Shown here: one piece after another, positions 1 to 15,000 of the stretch
Layout of the letters: every line of letters begins with the position of its first letter
Position numbering within the stretch: position 1 is the stretch's first letter
Source of the DNA: Eledone cirrhosa
Taxonomy: Eukaryota
Assembly (NCBI GenBank): GCA_964016885.1
Contig: OZ024750.1
Location: forward strand, 36,084,001-36,148,000
Reading direction: 5' to 3'
Length of the DNA stretch: 64,000 nt
Notes under the pieces: generated by a model
Seen by the model: only the letters and a program-made list of their open reading frames with translations
What the model was told of the DNA's origin: nothing
Databases searched by the model: none
Made by a program: the position numbers and the translations under genes

Positions 1-3000
1 CCTTCCTATCACCAGCCACTTAACAGGGTGTACTGGGGACATGGGTTCTGCAGCTGGATGTCCTTCCTATCACCAGCCACTTAACAGGGTGTACTGGGAA
101 CATGGGTTCTGCAGCTGGATCTCCTTCCTATCACTAACTACTTAACAGGGTGTACTGGGAACATGGGTTCTGCAGCTGGATGTCCTTCTTATCACCAACC
201 ACTTAACAGGGTGTACTGGGAACATGGGTTCTGCAGCTGGATGTCCTTCTTATCACCAGCCACTTAACAGGGTGTACTGGGGACATGGGTTCTGCAGCTG
301 GATGTCCTTCCTATCACCAGCCACTTAACAGGGTGTACTGGGAACATGGGTTCTGCAGCTGGATGTCCTTCTTATCACCAGCCACTTAACAGGGTGTACT
401 GGGGACATGGGTTCTGCAGTTGGATGTCCTTCCTATCACCAGCCACTTAACAGGGTGTGCTGGGGACATGGGTTCTGCAGCTGGATGTCCTTCGTATCAC
501 CAGCCACTTAACAGGGTGTACTGGGAACATGGGTTCTGCAGCTGGATGTCCTTCCTATCACTAACTACTTAACAGGGTGTACTGGGAACATGGGTTCTAC
601 AGCTGGATGTCCTTCCTATCACCAGCCACTTAACAGGGTGTACTGGGAACATGGGTTCTGCAGCTGGATGTCCTTCGTATCACCAGCCACATAACAGGGT
701 GTACTGGGAACATGGGTTCTGCAGCTGGATGTCCTTCCTATCACCAGCCATTTAACAGGGTGTACTGGGAACATGGGTTCTGCAGCTGGATGTCCTTCGT
801 ATCACCAGCCATTTAACAGGGTGTACTGGGAACATGGGTTCTGCAGCTGGATGTCCTTCCTATCACCAGCCACTTAACAGGGTGTACTGGGAACATGGGT
901 TCTGCAGCTGGATGTCCTTCCTATCACAAGCCACTTAACAGGGTGTACTGGGAACATGGGTTCTGCAGCTGGATGTCCTTCCTATCACCAGCCACTTAAC
1001 AGGGTGTACTGGGAACATGGGTTCTGCAGCTGGATGTCCTTCCTATCACCAGCCACTTAACAGGGTGTACTGGGAACATGGGTTCTGCAGCTGGATGTCC
1101 TTCCTATCACCAGCCACTTAACTGGGTGTACTGGGAACATGGGTTCTGCAGCTGGATGTCCTTCCTATCACCAACCATTTAACAGGGTGTACTGGGAACA
1201 TGGGTTCTGCAGCTGGATGTCCTTCCTATCACCAGCCACTTAACAGGGTGTACTGGGAACATGGGTTCTGCAGCTGGATGTCCTTCCTATCACCAACCAT
1301 TTAACAGGGTGTACTGGGAACATGGGTTCTGCAGCTGGATGTCCTTCCTATCACCAACCACTTAACAGGGTGTAATGGGAACATGGGTTCTGCAGCTGGA
1401 TGTCCTTCCTATCACCAGCCACTTAACAGGGTGTACTGGGAACATGGGTTCTGCAGCTGGATGTCCTTCCTATCACCAACCATTTAACAGGGTGTACTGG
1501 GAACATGGGTTCTGCAGCTGGATGTCCTTCCTATCACCAGCCATTTAACAGGGTGTACTGGGAACATGGGTTCTGCAGCTGGATGTCCTTCGTATCACCA
1601 GCCATTTAACAGGGTGTACTGGGAACATGGGTTCTGCAGCTGGATGTCCTTCCTATCACCAGCCACTTAACAGGGTGTACTGGGAACATGGGTTCTGCAG
1701 CTGGATGTCCTTCCTATCACCAACCATTTAACAGGGTGTACTGGGAACATGGGTTCTGCAGCTGGATGTCCTTCCTATCACCAGCCACTTAACAGGGTGT
1801 ACTGGGAACATGGGTTCTGCAGCTGGATGTCCTTCCTATCACCAACCATTTAACAGGGTGTACTGGGAACATGGGTTCTGCAGCTGGATGTCCTTCCTAT
1901 CACCAGCCACTTAACAGGGTGTACTGGGGACATGGGTTCTGCAGCTGGATGTCCTCCCTATCACCAGCCACTTAACAGGGTGTACTGGGAACATGGGTTC
2001 TGCAGCTGGATGTCCTTCCTATCACCAGCCACTTAACAGGGTGTACTGGGAACATGGGTTCTGCAGCTGGATGTCCTTCCTATCACCAGCCACTTAACAG
2101 GGTGTACTGGGGACATGGGTTCTGCAGCTGGATGTCCTTCCTATCACCAGCCACTTAACAGGGTGTACTGGGAACATGGGTTCTGCAGCTGGATGTCCTT
2201 CCTATCACCAGCCATTTAACAGGGTCTACTGGGAACATGGGTTCTGCAGCTGGATGTCCTTCGTATCACCAGCCATTTAACAGGGTGTACTGGGAACATG
2301 GGTTCTGCAGCTGGATGTCCTTCCTATCACCAGCCACTTAACAGGGTGTACTGGGAACATGGGTTCTGCAGCTGGATGTCCTTCCTATCACCAACCATTT
2401 AACAGGGTGTACTGGGAACATGGGTTCTGCAGCTGGATGTCCTTCCTATCACCAGCCACTTAACAGGGTGTACTGGGAACATGGGTTCTGCAGCTGGATG
2501 TTCTTCCTATCACCAACCATTTAACAGGGTGTACTGGGAACATGGGTTCTGCAGCTGGATGTCCTTCCTATCACCAGCCACTTAACAGGGTGTACTGGGG
2601 ACATGGGTTCTGCAGCTGGATGTCCTCCCTATCACCAGCCACTTAACAGGGTGTACTGGGAACATGGGTTCTGCAGCTGGATGTCCTTCCTATCACCAGC
2701 CACTTAACAGGGTGTACTGGGAACATGGGTTCTGCAGCTGGATGTCCTTCCTATCACCAGCCACTTAACAGGGTGTACTGGGGACATGGGTTCTGCAGCT
2801 GGATGTCCTTCCTATCACCAGCCACTTAACAGGGTGTACTGGGAACATGGGTTCTGCAGCTGGATCTCCTTCCTATCACTAACTACTTAACAGGGTGTAC
2901 TGGGAACATGGGTTCTGCAGCTGGATGTCCTTCTTATCACCAACCACTTAACAGGGTGTACTGGGAACATGGGTTCTGCAGCTGGATGTCCTTCTTATCA

Positions 3001-6000
3001 CCAGCCACTTAACAGGGTGTACTGGGGACATGGGTTCTGCAGCTGGATGTCCTTCTTATCACCAGCCACTTAACAGGGTGTACTGGGAACATGGGTTCTG
3101 CAGCTGGATGTCCTTCTTATCACCAGCCACTTAACAGGGTGTACTGGGGACATGGGTTCTGCAGCTGGATGTCCTTCCTATCACCAGCCACTTAACAGGG
3201 TGTGCTGGGGACATGGGTTCTGCAGCTGGATGTCCTTCGTATCACCAGCCACTTAACAGGGTGTACTGGGAACATGGGTTCTGCAGCTGCATGTCCTTCC
3301 TATCACTAACTACTTAACAGGGTGTACTGGGAACATGGGTTCTACAGCTGGATGTCCTTCCTATCACCAGCCACTTAACAGGGTGTACTGGGAACATGGG
3401 TTCTGCAGCTGGATGTCCTTCGTATCACCAGCCACATAACAGGGTGTACTGGGAACATGGGTTCTGCAGCTGGATGTCCTTCCTATCACCAGCCATTTAA
3501 CAGGGTGTACTGGGAACATGGGTTCTGCAGCTGGATGTCCTTCGTATCACCAGCCATTTAACAGGGTGTACTGGGAACATGGGTTCTGCAGCTGGATGTC
3601 CTTCCTATCACCAGCCACTTAACAGGGTGTACTGGGAACATGGGTTCTGCAGCTGGATGTCCTTCCTATCACAAGCCACTTAACAGGGTGTACTGGGAAC
3701 ATGGGTTCTGCAGCTGGATGTCCTTCCTATCACCAGCCACTTAACAGGGTGTACTGGGAACATGGGTTCTGCAGCTGGATGTCCTTCCTATCACCAGCCA
3801 CTTAACAGGGTGTACTGGGAACATGGGTTCTGCAGCTGGATGTCCTTCCTATCACCAGCCACTTAACTGGGTGTACTGGGAACATGGGTTCTGCAGCTGG
3901 ATGTCCTTCCTATCACCAACCATTTAACAGGGTGTACTGGGAACATGGGTTCTGCAGCTGGATGTCCTTCCTATCACCAGCCACTTAACAGGGTGTACTG
4001 GGAACATGGGTTCTGCAGCTGGATGTCCTTCCTATCACCAACCATTTAACAGGGTGTACTGGGAACATGGGTTCTGCAGCTGGATGTCCTTCCTATCACC
4101 AACCACTTAACAGGGTGTAATGGGAACATGGGTTCTGCAGCTGGATGTCCTTCCTATCACCAGCCACTTAACAGGGTGTACTGGGAACATGGGTTCTGCA
4201 GCTGGATGTCCTTCCTATCACCAACCATTTAACAGGGTGTACTGGGAACATGGGTTCTGCAGCTGGATGTCCTTCCTATCACCAGCCATTTAACAGGGTG
4301 TACTGGGAACATGGGTTCTGCAGCTGGATGTCCTTCGTATCACCAGCCATTTAACAGGGTGTACTGGGAACATGGGTTCTGCAGCTGGATGTCCTTCCTA
4401 TCACCAGCCACTTAACAGGGTGTACTGGGAACATGGGTTCTGCAGCTGGATGTCCTTCCTATCACCAACCATTTAACAGGGTGTACTGGGAACATGGGTT
4501 CTGCAGCTGGATGTCCTTCCTATCACCAGCCACTTAACAGGGTGTACTGGGAACATGGGTTCTGTAGCTGGATGTCCTTCCTATCACCAACCATTTAACA
4601 GGGTGTACTGGGAACATGGGTTCTGCAGCTGGATGTCCTTCCTATCACCAGCCACTTAACAGGGTGTACTGGGGACATGGGTTCTGCAGCTGGATGTCCT
4701 CCCTATCACCAGCCACTTAACAGGGTGTACTGGGAACATGGGTTCTGCAGCTGGATGTCCTTCCTATCACCAGCCACTTAACAGGGTGTACTGGGAACAT
4801 GGGTTCTGCAGCTGGATGTCCTTCCTATCACCAGCCACTTAACAGGGTGTACTGGGGACATGGGTTCTGCAGCTGGATGTCCTTCCTATCACCAGCCACT
4901 TAACAGGGTGTACTGGGAACATGGGTTCTGCAGCTGGATGTCCTTCTTATCACCAACCATTTAACAGGGTGTACTGGGAACATGGGTTCTGCAGCTGGAT
5001 GTCCTTCCTATCACCAGCCACTTAACAGGGTGTACTGGGAACATGGGTTCTGCAGCTGGATGTTCTTCTTATCACCAGCCACTTAACAGGGTGTACTGGG
5101 AACATGGGTTCTGCAGCTGGATGTCCTTCCTATCACCAACCACTTAACAGGGTGTACTGGGAACATGGGTTCTGCAGCTGGATGTCCTTCCTATCACCAA
5201 CCACTTAACAGGGTATACTGGGGACATGGGTTCTGCAGCTGGATGTCCTTCCTATCACCAGCCACTTAACAGGGTGTACTGGGAACATGGGTTCTGCAGC
5301 TGGATGTTCTTCCTATCACCAACCACTTAACAGGGTGTACTGGGAACATGGGTTCTGCAGCTGGATGTCCTTCTTATCACCAGCCACTTAACAGGGTGTA
5401 CTGGGAACATGGGTTCTGCAGCTGGATGTCCTTCTTATCACCAGCCACTTAACAGGGTGTACTGGGAACATGGGTTCTGCAGCTGGATGTCCTTCTTATC
5501 ACCAGCCACTTAACAGGGTGTACTGGGAACATGGGTTCTGCAGCTGGATGTCCTTCTTATCACCAGCCACTTAACAGGGTGTACTGGGGACATGGGTTCT
5601 GCAGCTGGATGTCCTTCCTATCACCTGCCACTTAACAGGGTGTACTGGGGACATGGGTTCTGCAGCTGGATGTCCTTCCTATCACCAACCACTTAACAGG
5701 GTGTACTGGGAACATGGGTTCTGCAGCTGGATGTCCTTCCTATCACCAACCACTTAACAGGGTGTACTGGGGACATGGGTTCTGCAGCTGGATGTCCTTC
5801 CTATCACCAACCACTTAACAGGGTGTACTGGGAACATGGGTTCTGCAGCTGGATGTCCTTCCTATCACCAACCACTTAACAGGGTGTACTGGGAACATGG
5901 GTTCTGCAGCTGGATGTCCTTCCTCTCACCAACCACTTAACAGGGTGTACTGGGGACATGGGTTCTGCAGCTGGATGTCCTTCCTATCACCAGCCACTTA

Positions 6001-9000
6001 ACAGGGTGTACTGGGAACATGGGTTCTGCAGCTGGATGTCCTTCTTATCACCAGCCACTTAACAGGGTGTACTGGGAACATGGGTTCTGCAGCTGGATGT
6101 CCTTCTTATCACCAGCCACTTAACAGGGTGTACTGGGGACATGGGTTCTGCAGCTGGATGTCCTTCCTATCACCAGCCACTTAACAGGGTGTACTGGGAA
6201 CATGGGTTCTGCAGCTGGATGTCCTTCTTATCACCAGCCACTTAACAGGGTGTACTGGGAACATGGGTTCTGCAGCTGGATGTCCTTCTTATCACCAGCC
6301 ACTTAACAGGGTGTACTGGGAACATGGGTTCTGCAGCTGGATGTCCTTCCTATCACCAACCACTTAACAGGGTGTACTGGGAACATGGGTTCTGCAGCTG
6401 GATGTCCTTCTTATCACCAGCCATTTAACAGGGTGTACTGGGAACATGGGTTCTGCAGCTGGATGTCCTTCCTATCACCAACCACTTAACAGGGTGTACT
6501 GGGAACATGGGTTCTGCAGCTGGATGTTCTTCTTATCACCAGCCACTTAACAGGGTGTACTGGGAACATGGGTTCTGCAGCTGGATGTCCTTCTTATCAC
6601 CAGCCACTTAACAGGGTGTGCTGGGGACATGGGTTCTGCAGCTGGATGTCCTTCTTATCACCAGCCACTTAACAGGGTGTACTGGGGACATGGGTTCTGC
6701 AGCTGGATGTCCTTCTTATCACTAACTACTTAACAGGGTGTACTGGGAACATGGGTTCTGCAGCTGGATGTCCTTCCTATCACTAACTACTTAACAGGGT
6801 GTACTGGGAACATGGGTTCTGCAGCTGGATGTCCTTCTTATCACCAGCCACTTAACAGGGTGTGCTGGGGACATGGGTTCTGCAGCTGGATGTCCTTCCT
6901 ATCACCAACCATTTAACAGGGTGTACTGGGGACATGGGTTCTGCAGCTGGATGTCCTTCTTATCACTAACTACTTAACAGGGTGTACTGGGAACATGGGT
7001 TCTGCAGCTGGATGTCCTTCCTATCACCAACCACTTAACAGGGTGTACTGGGAACATGGGTTCTGCAGCTGGATGTTCTTCTTATCACCAACCATTTAAC
7101 AGGGTGTACTGGGGACATGGTTTCTGCAGCTGGATGTCCTTCTTATCACCAGCCACTTAACAGGGTGTACTGGGAACATGGGTTCTGCAGCTGGATGTCC
7201 TTCCTATCACTAACTACTTAACAGGGTGTACTGGGAACATGGGTTCTACAGCTGGATGTCCTCCCTATCACCAACCACTTAACAGGGTGTACTGGGAACA
7301 TGGGTTCTGCAGCTGGATGTCCTTCCTATCACTAACTACTTAACAGGGTGTACTGGGAACATGGGTTCTGCAGCTGTATGTCCTTCTTATCACCAGCCAC
7401 TTAACAGGGTGTGCTGGGGACATGGGTTCTGCAGCTGGATGTCCTTCCTATCACTAACTACTTAACAGGGTGTACTGGGAACATGGGTTCTGCAGCTGGA
7501 TGTCCTTCCTATCACCAACCACTTAACAGGGTGTACTGGGAACATGGGTTCTGCAGCTGGATGTCCTTCCTATCACCAACCACTTAACAGGGTGTACTGG
7601 GAACATGGGTTCTGCAGCTGGATGTCCTTCCTATCACCAACCACTTAACAGGGTGTACTGGGAACATGGGTTCTGCAGCTGGATGTCCTTCCTATCACCA
7701 ACCACTTAACAGGGTGTACTGGGAACATGGGTTCTGCAGCTGGATGTCCTTCCTATCACTAACTACTTAACAGGGTGTACTGGGAACATGGGTTCTACAG
7801 CTGGATGTCCTCCCTATCACCAACCACTTAACAGGGTGTACTGGGAACATGGGTTCTGCAGCTGGATGTCCTTCCTATCACCAACCACTTAACAGGGTGT
7901 ACTGGGGACATGGGTTCTGCAGCTGGATGTCCTTCTTATCACCAGCCACTTAACAGGGTGTACTGGGAACATGGGTTCTGCAGCTGGATGTCCTTCCTAT
8001 CACCAACCACTTAACAGGGTGTACTGGGAACATGGGTTCTGCAGCTGGATGTCCTTCCTATCACCAACCACTTAACAGGGTGTACTGGGGACATGGGTTC
8101 TGCAGCTGGATGTCCTTCCTATCACCAGCCACTTAACAGGGTGTACTGGGAACATGGGTTCTGCAGCTGGATGTCCTTCCTATCACCAGCCACTTAACAG
8201 GGTGTACTGGGGACATGGGTTCTGCAGCTGGATGTCCTTCTTATCACCAGCCACTTAACAGGGTGTACTGGGAACATGGGTTCTGCAGCTGGATGTCCTT
8301 CCTATCACCAGCCACTTAACAGGGTGTACTGGGAACATGGGTTCTGCAGCTGGATGTCCTTCCTAAAACTAACTACTTAACAGGGTGTACTGGGAACATG
8401 GGTTCTACAGCTGGATGTCCTTCCTATCACCAGCCACTTAACAGGGTGTACTGGGAACATGGGTTCTGCAGCTGGATGTCCTTCCTATCACTAACTACTT
8501 AACAGGGTGTACTGGGAACATGGGTTCTACAGCTGGATGTCCTTCCTATCACCAGCTACTTAACAGGGTGTACTGGGAACATGGGTTCTGCAGCTGGATG
8601 TCCTTCCTATCACTAACTACTTAACAGGGTGTACTGGGAACATGGGTTCTACAGCTGGATGTCCTTCCTATCACCAGCCACTTAACAGGGTGTACTGGGA
8701 ACATGGGTTCTGCAGCTGGATGTCCTTCCTATCACCAACCACTTAACAGGGTGTACTGGGGACATGGGTTCTGCAGCTGGATGTCCTTCTTATCACCAGC
8801 CACTTAACAGGGTGTACTGGGAACATGGGTTCTGCAGCTGGATGTCCTTCTTATCACCAACCACTTAACAGGGTGTACTGGGAACATGGGTTCTGCAGCT
8901 GGATGTCCTTCCTATCACTAACTACTTAACAGGGTGTACTGGGAACATGGGTTCTGCAGCTGGATGTCCTTCTTATCACCAGCCACTTAACAGGGTGTAC

Positions 9001-12000
9001 TGGGAACATGGGTTCTGCAGCTGGATGTCCTTCCTATCACCAACCACTTAACAGGGTGTACTGGGAACATGGGTTCTGCAGCTGGATGTCCTTCTTATCA
9101 CCAACCACTTAACAGGGTGTACTGGGAACATGGGTTCTGCAGCTGGATGTCCTTCCTATCACTAACTACTTAACAGGGTGTACTGGGAACATGGGTTCTG
9201 CAGCTGGATGTCCTTCTTATCACCAGCCACTTAACAGGGTGTACTGGGAACATGGGTTCTGCAGCTGGATGTCCTTCTTATCACCAACCACTTAACAGGG
9301 TGTACTGGGGACATGGGTTCTGCAGCTGGATGTCCTTCTTATCACCAGCCACTTAACAGGGTGTACTGGGAACATGGGTTCTGCAGCTGGATGTCCTTCC
9401 TATCACCAACCACTTAACAGGGTGTACTGGGGACATGGGTTCTGCAGCTGGATGTCCTTCTTATCACCAGCCACTTAACAGGGTGTACTGGGAACATGGG
9501 TTCTGCAGCTGGATGTCCTTCCTATCACTAACTACTTAACAGGGTGTACTGGGAACATGGGTTCTGCAGCTGGATGTCCTTCTTATCACCAGCCACTTAA
9601 CAGGGTGTACTGGGAACATGGGTTCTGCAGCTCGATGTCCTTCTTATCACCAGCCACTTAACAGGGTGTACTGGGAGCATGGGTTCTGCAGCTGGATGTC
9701 CTTCCTATCACCAACCATTTAACAGGGTGTACTGGGAACATGGGTTCTGCAGCTGGATGTCCTTCCTATCACCAACCACTTAACAGGGTGTACTGGGAGC
9801 ATGGGTTCTGCAGCTGGATGTCCTTCCTATCACTAACTACTTAACAGGGTGTACTGGGAACATGGGTTCTGCAGCTGGATGTCCTTCCTATCACTAACTA
9901 CTTAACAGGGTGTACTGGGAACATGGGTTCTGCAGCTGGATGTCCTTCCTATCACTAACTACTTAACAGGGTGTACTGGGAACATGGGTTCTGCAGCTGG
10001 ATGTCCTTCCTATCACCAACCATTTAACAGGGTGTACTGGGAGCATGGGTTCTGCAGCTGGATGTCCTTCCTATCACTAACTACTTAACAGGGTGTACTG
10101 GGAACATGGGTTCTGCAGCTGGATGTCCTTCCTATCACTAACTACTTAACAGGGTGTACTGGGAACATGGGTTCTGCAGCTGGATGTCCTTCCTATCACT
10201 AACTACTTCACAGGGTGTACTGGGAACATGGGTTCTGCAGCTGGATGTCCTTCTTATCACCAGCCACTTAACAGGGTGTACTGGGGACATGGGTTCTGCA
10301 GCTGGATGTCCTTCTTATCACCAGCCTCTTAACAGGGTGTACTGGGAACATGGGTTCTGCAGCTGGATGTCCTTCCTATCACCAACCATTTAACAGGGTG
10401 TACTGGGAACATGGGTTCTGCAGCTGGATGTCCTTCCTATCACCAACCATTTAACAGGGTGTACTGGGAACATGGGTTCTGCAGCTGGATGTCCTTCCTA
10501 TCACCAGCCACTTAACAGGGTGTACTGGGAACATGGGTTCTGCAGCTGGATGTCCTTCCTATCACCAACCATTTAACAGGGTGTACTGGGAACATGGGTT
10601 CTGCAGCTGGATGTCCTTCCTATCACCAACCACTTAACAGGGTGTACTGGGAACATGGGTTCTGCAGCTGGATGTCCTTCCTATCACTAACTACTTAACA
10701 GGGTGTACTGGGAACATGGGTTCTGCAGCTGGATGTCCTTCCTATCACCAACCATTTAACAGGGTGTACTGGGAACATGGGTTCTGCAGCTGGATGTCCT
10801 TCCTATCACCAACCACTTAACAGGGTGTACTGGGAACATGGGTTCTGCAGCTGGATGTCCTTCCTATCACCAACCACTTAACAGGGTGTACTGGGAACAT
10901 GGGTTCTGCAGCTGGATGTCCTTCTTATCACCAACCACTTAACAGGGTGTACTGGGAACATGGGTTCTGCAGCTGGATGTCCTTCCTATCACTAACTACT
11001 TAACAGGGTGTACTGGGAACATGGGTTCTGCAGCTGGATGTCCTTCTTATCACCAGCCACTTAACAGGGTGTACTGGGAACATGGGTTCTGCAGCTGGAT
11101 GTCCTTCTTATCACCAACCACTTAACAGGGTGTACTGGGGACATGGGTTCTGCAGCTGGATGTCCTTCTTATCACCAGCCACTTAACAGGGTGTACTGGG
11201 AACATGGGTTCTGCAGCTGGATGTCCTTCCTATCACCAACCACTTAACAGGGTGTACTGGGGACATGGGTTCTGCAGCTGGATGTCCTTCTTATCACCAG
11301 CCACTTAACAGGGTGTACTGGGAACATGGGTTCTGCAGCTGGATGTCCTTCCTATCACTAACTACTTAACAGGGTGTACTGGGAACATGGGTTCTGCAGC
11401 TGGATGTCCTTCTTATCACCAGCCACTTAACAGGGTGTACTGGGAACATGGGTTCTGCAGCTCGATGTCCTTCTTATCACCAGCCACTTAACAGGGTGTA
11501 CTGGGAGCATGGGTTCTGCAGCTGGATGTCCTTCCTATCACCAACCATTTAACAGGGTGTACTGGGAACATGGGTTCTGCAGCTGGATGTCCTTCCTATC
11601 ACCAACCACTTAACAGGGTGTACTGGGAGCATGGGTTCTGCAGCTGGATGTCCTTCCTATCACTAACTACTTAACAGGGTGTACTGGGAACATGGGTTCT
11701 GCAGCTGGATGTCCTTCCTATCACTAACTACTTAACAGGGTGTACTGGGAACATGGGTTCTGCAGCTGGATGTCCTTCCTATCACTAACTACTTAACAGG
11801 GTGTACTGGGAACATGGGTTCTGCAGCTGGATGTCCTTCCTATCACCAACCATTTAACAGGGTGTACTGGGAGCATGGGTTCTGCAGCTGGATGTCCTTC
11901 CTATCACTAACTACTTAACAGGGTGTACTGGGAACATGGGTTCTGCAGCTGGATGTCCTTCCTATCACTAACTACTTAACAGGGTGTACTGGGAACATGG

Positions 12001-15000
12001 GTTCTGCAGCTGGATGTCCTTCCTATCACTAACTACTTCACAGGGTGTACTGGGAACATGGGTTCTGCAGCTGGATGTCCTTCTTATCACCAGCCACTTA
12101 ACAGGGTGTACTGGGGACATGGGTTCTGCAGCTGGATGTCCTTCTTATCACCAGCCACTTAACAGGGTGTACTGGGAACATGGGTTCTGCAGCTGGATGT
12201 CCTTCCTATCACCAACCATTTAACAGGGTGTACTGGGAACATGGGTTCTGCAGCTGGATGTCCTTCCTATCACCAACCATTTAACAGGGTGTACTGGGAA
12301 CATGGGTTCTGCAGCTGGATGTCCTTCCTATCACCAGCCACTTAACAGGGTGTACTGGGAACATGGGTTCTGCAGCTGGATGTCCTTCCTATCACCAACC
12401 ATTTAACAGGGTGTACTGGGAACATGGGTTCTGCAGCTGGATGTCCTTCCTATCACCAACCACTTAACAGGGTGTACTGGGAACATGGGTTCTGCAGCTG
12501 GATGTCCTTCCTATCACTAACTACTTAACAGGGTGTACTGGGAACATGGGTTCTGCAGCTGGATGTCCTTCCTATCACCAACCATTTAACAGGGTGTACT
12601 GGGAACATGGGTTCTGCAGCTGGATGTCCTTCCTATCACCAACCACTTAACAGGGTGTACTGGGAACATGGGTTCTGCAGCTGGATGTCCTTCCTATCAC
12701 CAGCCACTTAACAGGGTGTACTGGGGACATGGGTTCTGCAGCTGGATGTCCTTCCTATCACCAGCCACTTAACAGGGTGTACTGGGAACATGGGTTCTGC
12801 AGCTGGATGTCCTTCTTATCACCAGCCACTTAACAGGGTGTACTGGGAACATGGGTTCTGCAGCTGGATGTCCTTCCTATCACCAGCCACTTAACAGGGT
12901 GTACTGGGAACATGGGTTCTGCAGCTGGATGTCCTTCCTATCACTAACTACTTAACAGGGTGTACTGGGAACATGGGTTCTGCAGCTGGATGTCCTTCTT
13001 ATCACCAGCCACTTAACAGGGTGTACTGGGAACATGGGTTCTGCAGCTGGATGTCCTTCCTATCACTAACTACTTAACAGGGTGTACTGGGAACATGGGT
13101 TCTGCAGCTGGATGTCCTTCTTATCACCAACTACTTAACAGGGTGTACTGGGAACATGGGTTCTGCAGCTGGATGTCCTTCCTATCACCAACCATTTAAC
13201 AGGGTGTACTGGGAACATGGGTTCTGCAGCTGGATGTCCTTCTTATCACCAGCCACTTAACAGGGTGTACTGGGGACATGGGTTCTGCAGCTTGATGTCC
13301 TTCTTATCACCAGCCACTTAACAGGGTGTACTGGGAACATGGGTTCTGCAGCTGGATGTCCTTCCTATCACTAACTACTTAACAGGGTGTACTGGGAACA
13401 TGGGTTCTGCAGCTGGATGTCCTTCTTATCACCAACTACTTAACAGGGTGTACTGGGAACATGGGTTCTGCAGCTGGATGTCCTTCCTATCACCAACCAT
13501 TTAACAGGGTGTACTGGGAACATGGGTTCTGCAGCTGGATGTCCTTCCTATCACCAACCATTTAACAGGGTGTACTGGGAACATGGGTTCTGCAGCTGGA
13601 TGTCCTTCCTATCACCAACCACTTAACAGGGTGTACTGGGAACATGGGTTCTGCAGCTGGATGTCCTTCCTATCACCAACCATTTAACAGGGTGTACTGG
13701 GAACATGGGTTCTGCAGCTGGATGTCCTTCCTATCACCAACCATTTAACAGGGTGTACTGGGAACATGGGTTCTGCAGCTGGATGTCCTTCCTATCACCA
13801 ACCATTTAACAGGGTGTACTGGGAACATGGGTTCTGCAGCTGGATGTCCTTCCTATCACCAACCACTTAACAGGGTGTACTGGGAACATGGGTTCTGCAG
13901 CTGGATGTCCTTCCTATCACTAACCATTTAACAGGGTGTACTGGGAACATGGGTTCTGCAGCTGGATGTCCTTCCTATCACCAACCATTTAACAGGGTGT
14001 ACTGGGGACATGGGTTCTGCAGCTGGATGTCCTTCCTATCACTAACCATTTAACAGGGTGTACTGGGAACATGGGTTCTGCAGCTGGATGTCCTTCCTAT
14101 CACTAACCATTTAACAGGGTGTACTGGGGACATGGGTTCTGCAGCTGGATGTCCTTCCTATCACCAACCATTTAACAGGGTGTACTGGGGACATGGGTTC
14201 TGCAGCTGGATGTCCTTCCTATCACTAACCATTTAACAGGGTGTACTGGAAACATGGGTTCTGCAGCTGGATGTCCTTCCTATCACTAACCATTTAACAG
14301 GGTGTACTGGGAACATGGGTTCTGCAGCTGGATGTCCTTCCTATCACTAACCACTTAACAGGGTGTACTGGGGACATGGGTTCTGCAGCTGGATGTCCTT
14401 CCTATCACTAACCACTTAACAGGGTGTACTGGGGACATGGGTTCTGCAGCTGGATGTCCTTCCTATCACCAACCACTTAACAGGGTGTACTGGGAACATG
14501 GGTTCTGCAGCTGGATGTCCTTCCTATCACCAACCATTTAACAGGGTGTACTGGGAACATGGGTTCTGCAGCTGGATGTCCTTCCTATCACCAACCACTT
14601 AACAGGGTGTACTGGGAACATGGGTTCTGCAGCTGGATGTCCTTCCTATCACCAACCACTTAACAGGGTGTACTGGGGACATGGGTTCTGCAGCTGGATG
14701 TCCTTCCTATCACTAACCATTTAACAGGGTGTACTGGGGACATGGGTTCTGCAGCTGGATGTCTTTCCTATCACCAACCATTTAACAGGGTGTACTGGGA
14801 ACATGGGTTCTGCAGCTGGATGTCCTTCCTATCACCAACCACTTAACAGGGTGTACTGGGAACATGGGTTCTGCAGCTGGATGTCCTTCCTATCACCAGC
14901 CACTTAACAGGGTGTACTGGGGACATGGGTTCTGCAGCTGGATGTCCTTCCTATCACCAACCACTTAACAGGGTGTACTGGGAACATGGGTTCTGCAGCT

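Noticed and set aside
10154-12223. Two identical 79-aa ORFs
   Set aside because: Created by a single taa>tca variant in the satellite, copied by the 1830-bp duplication
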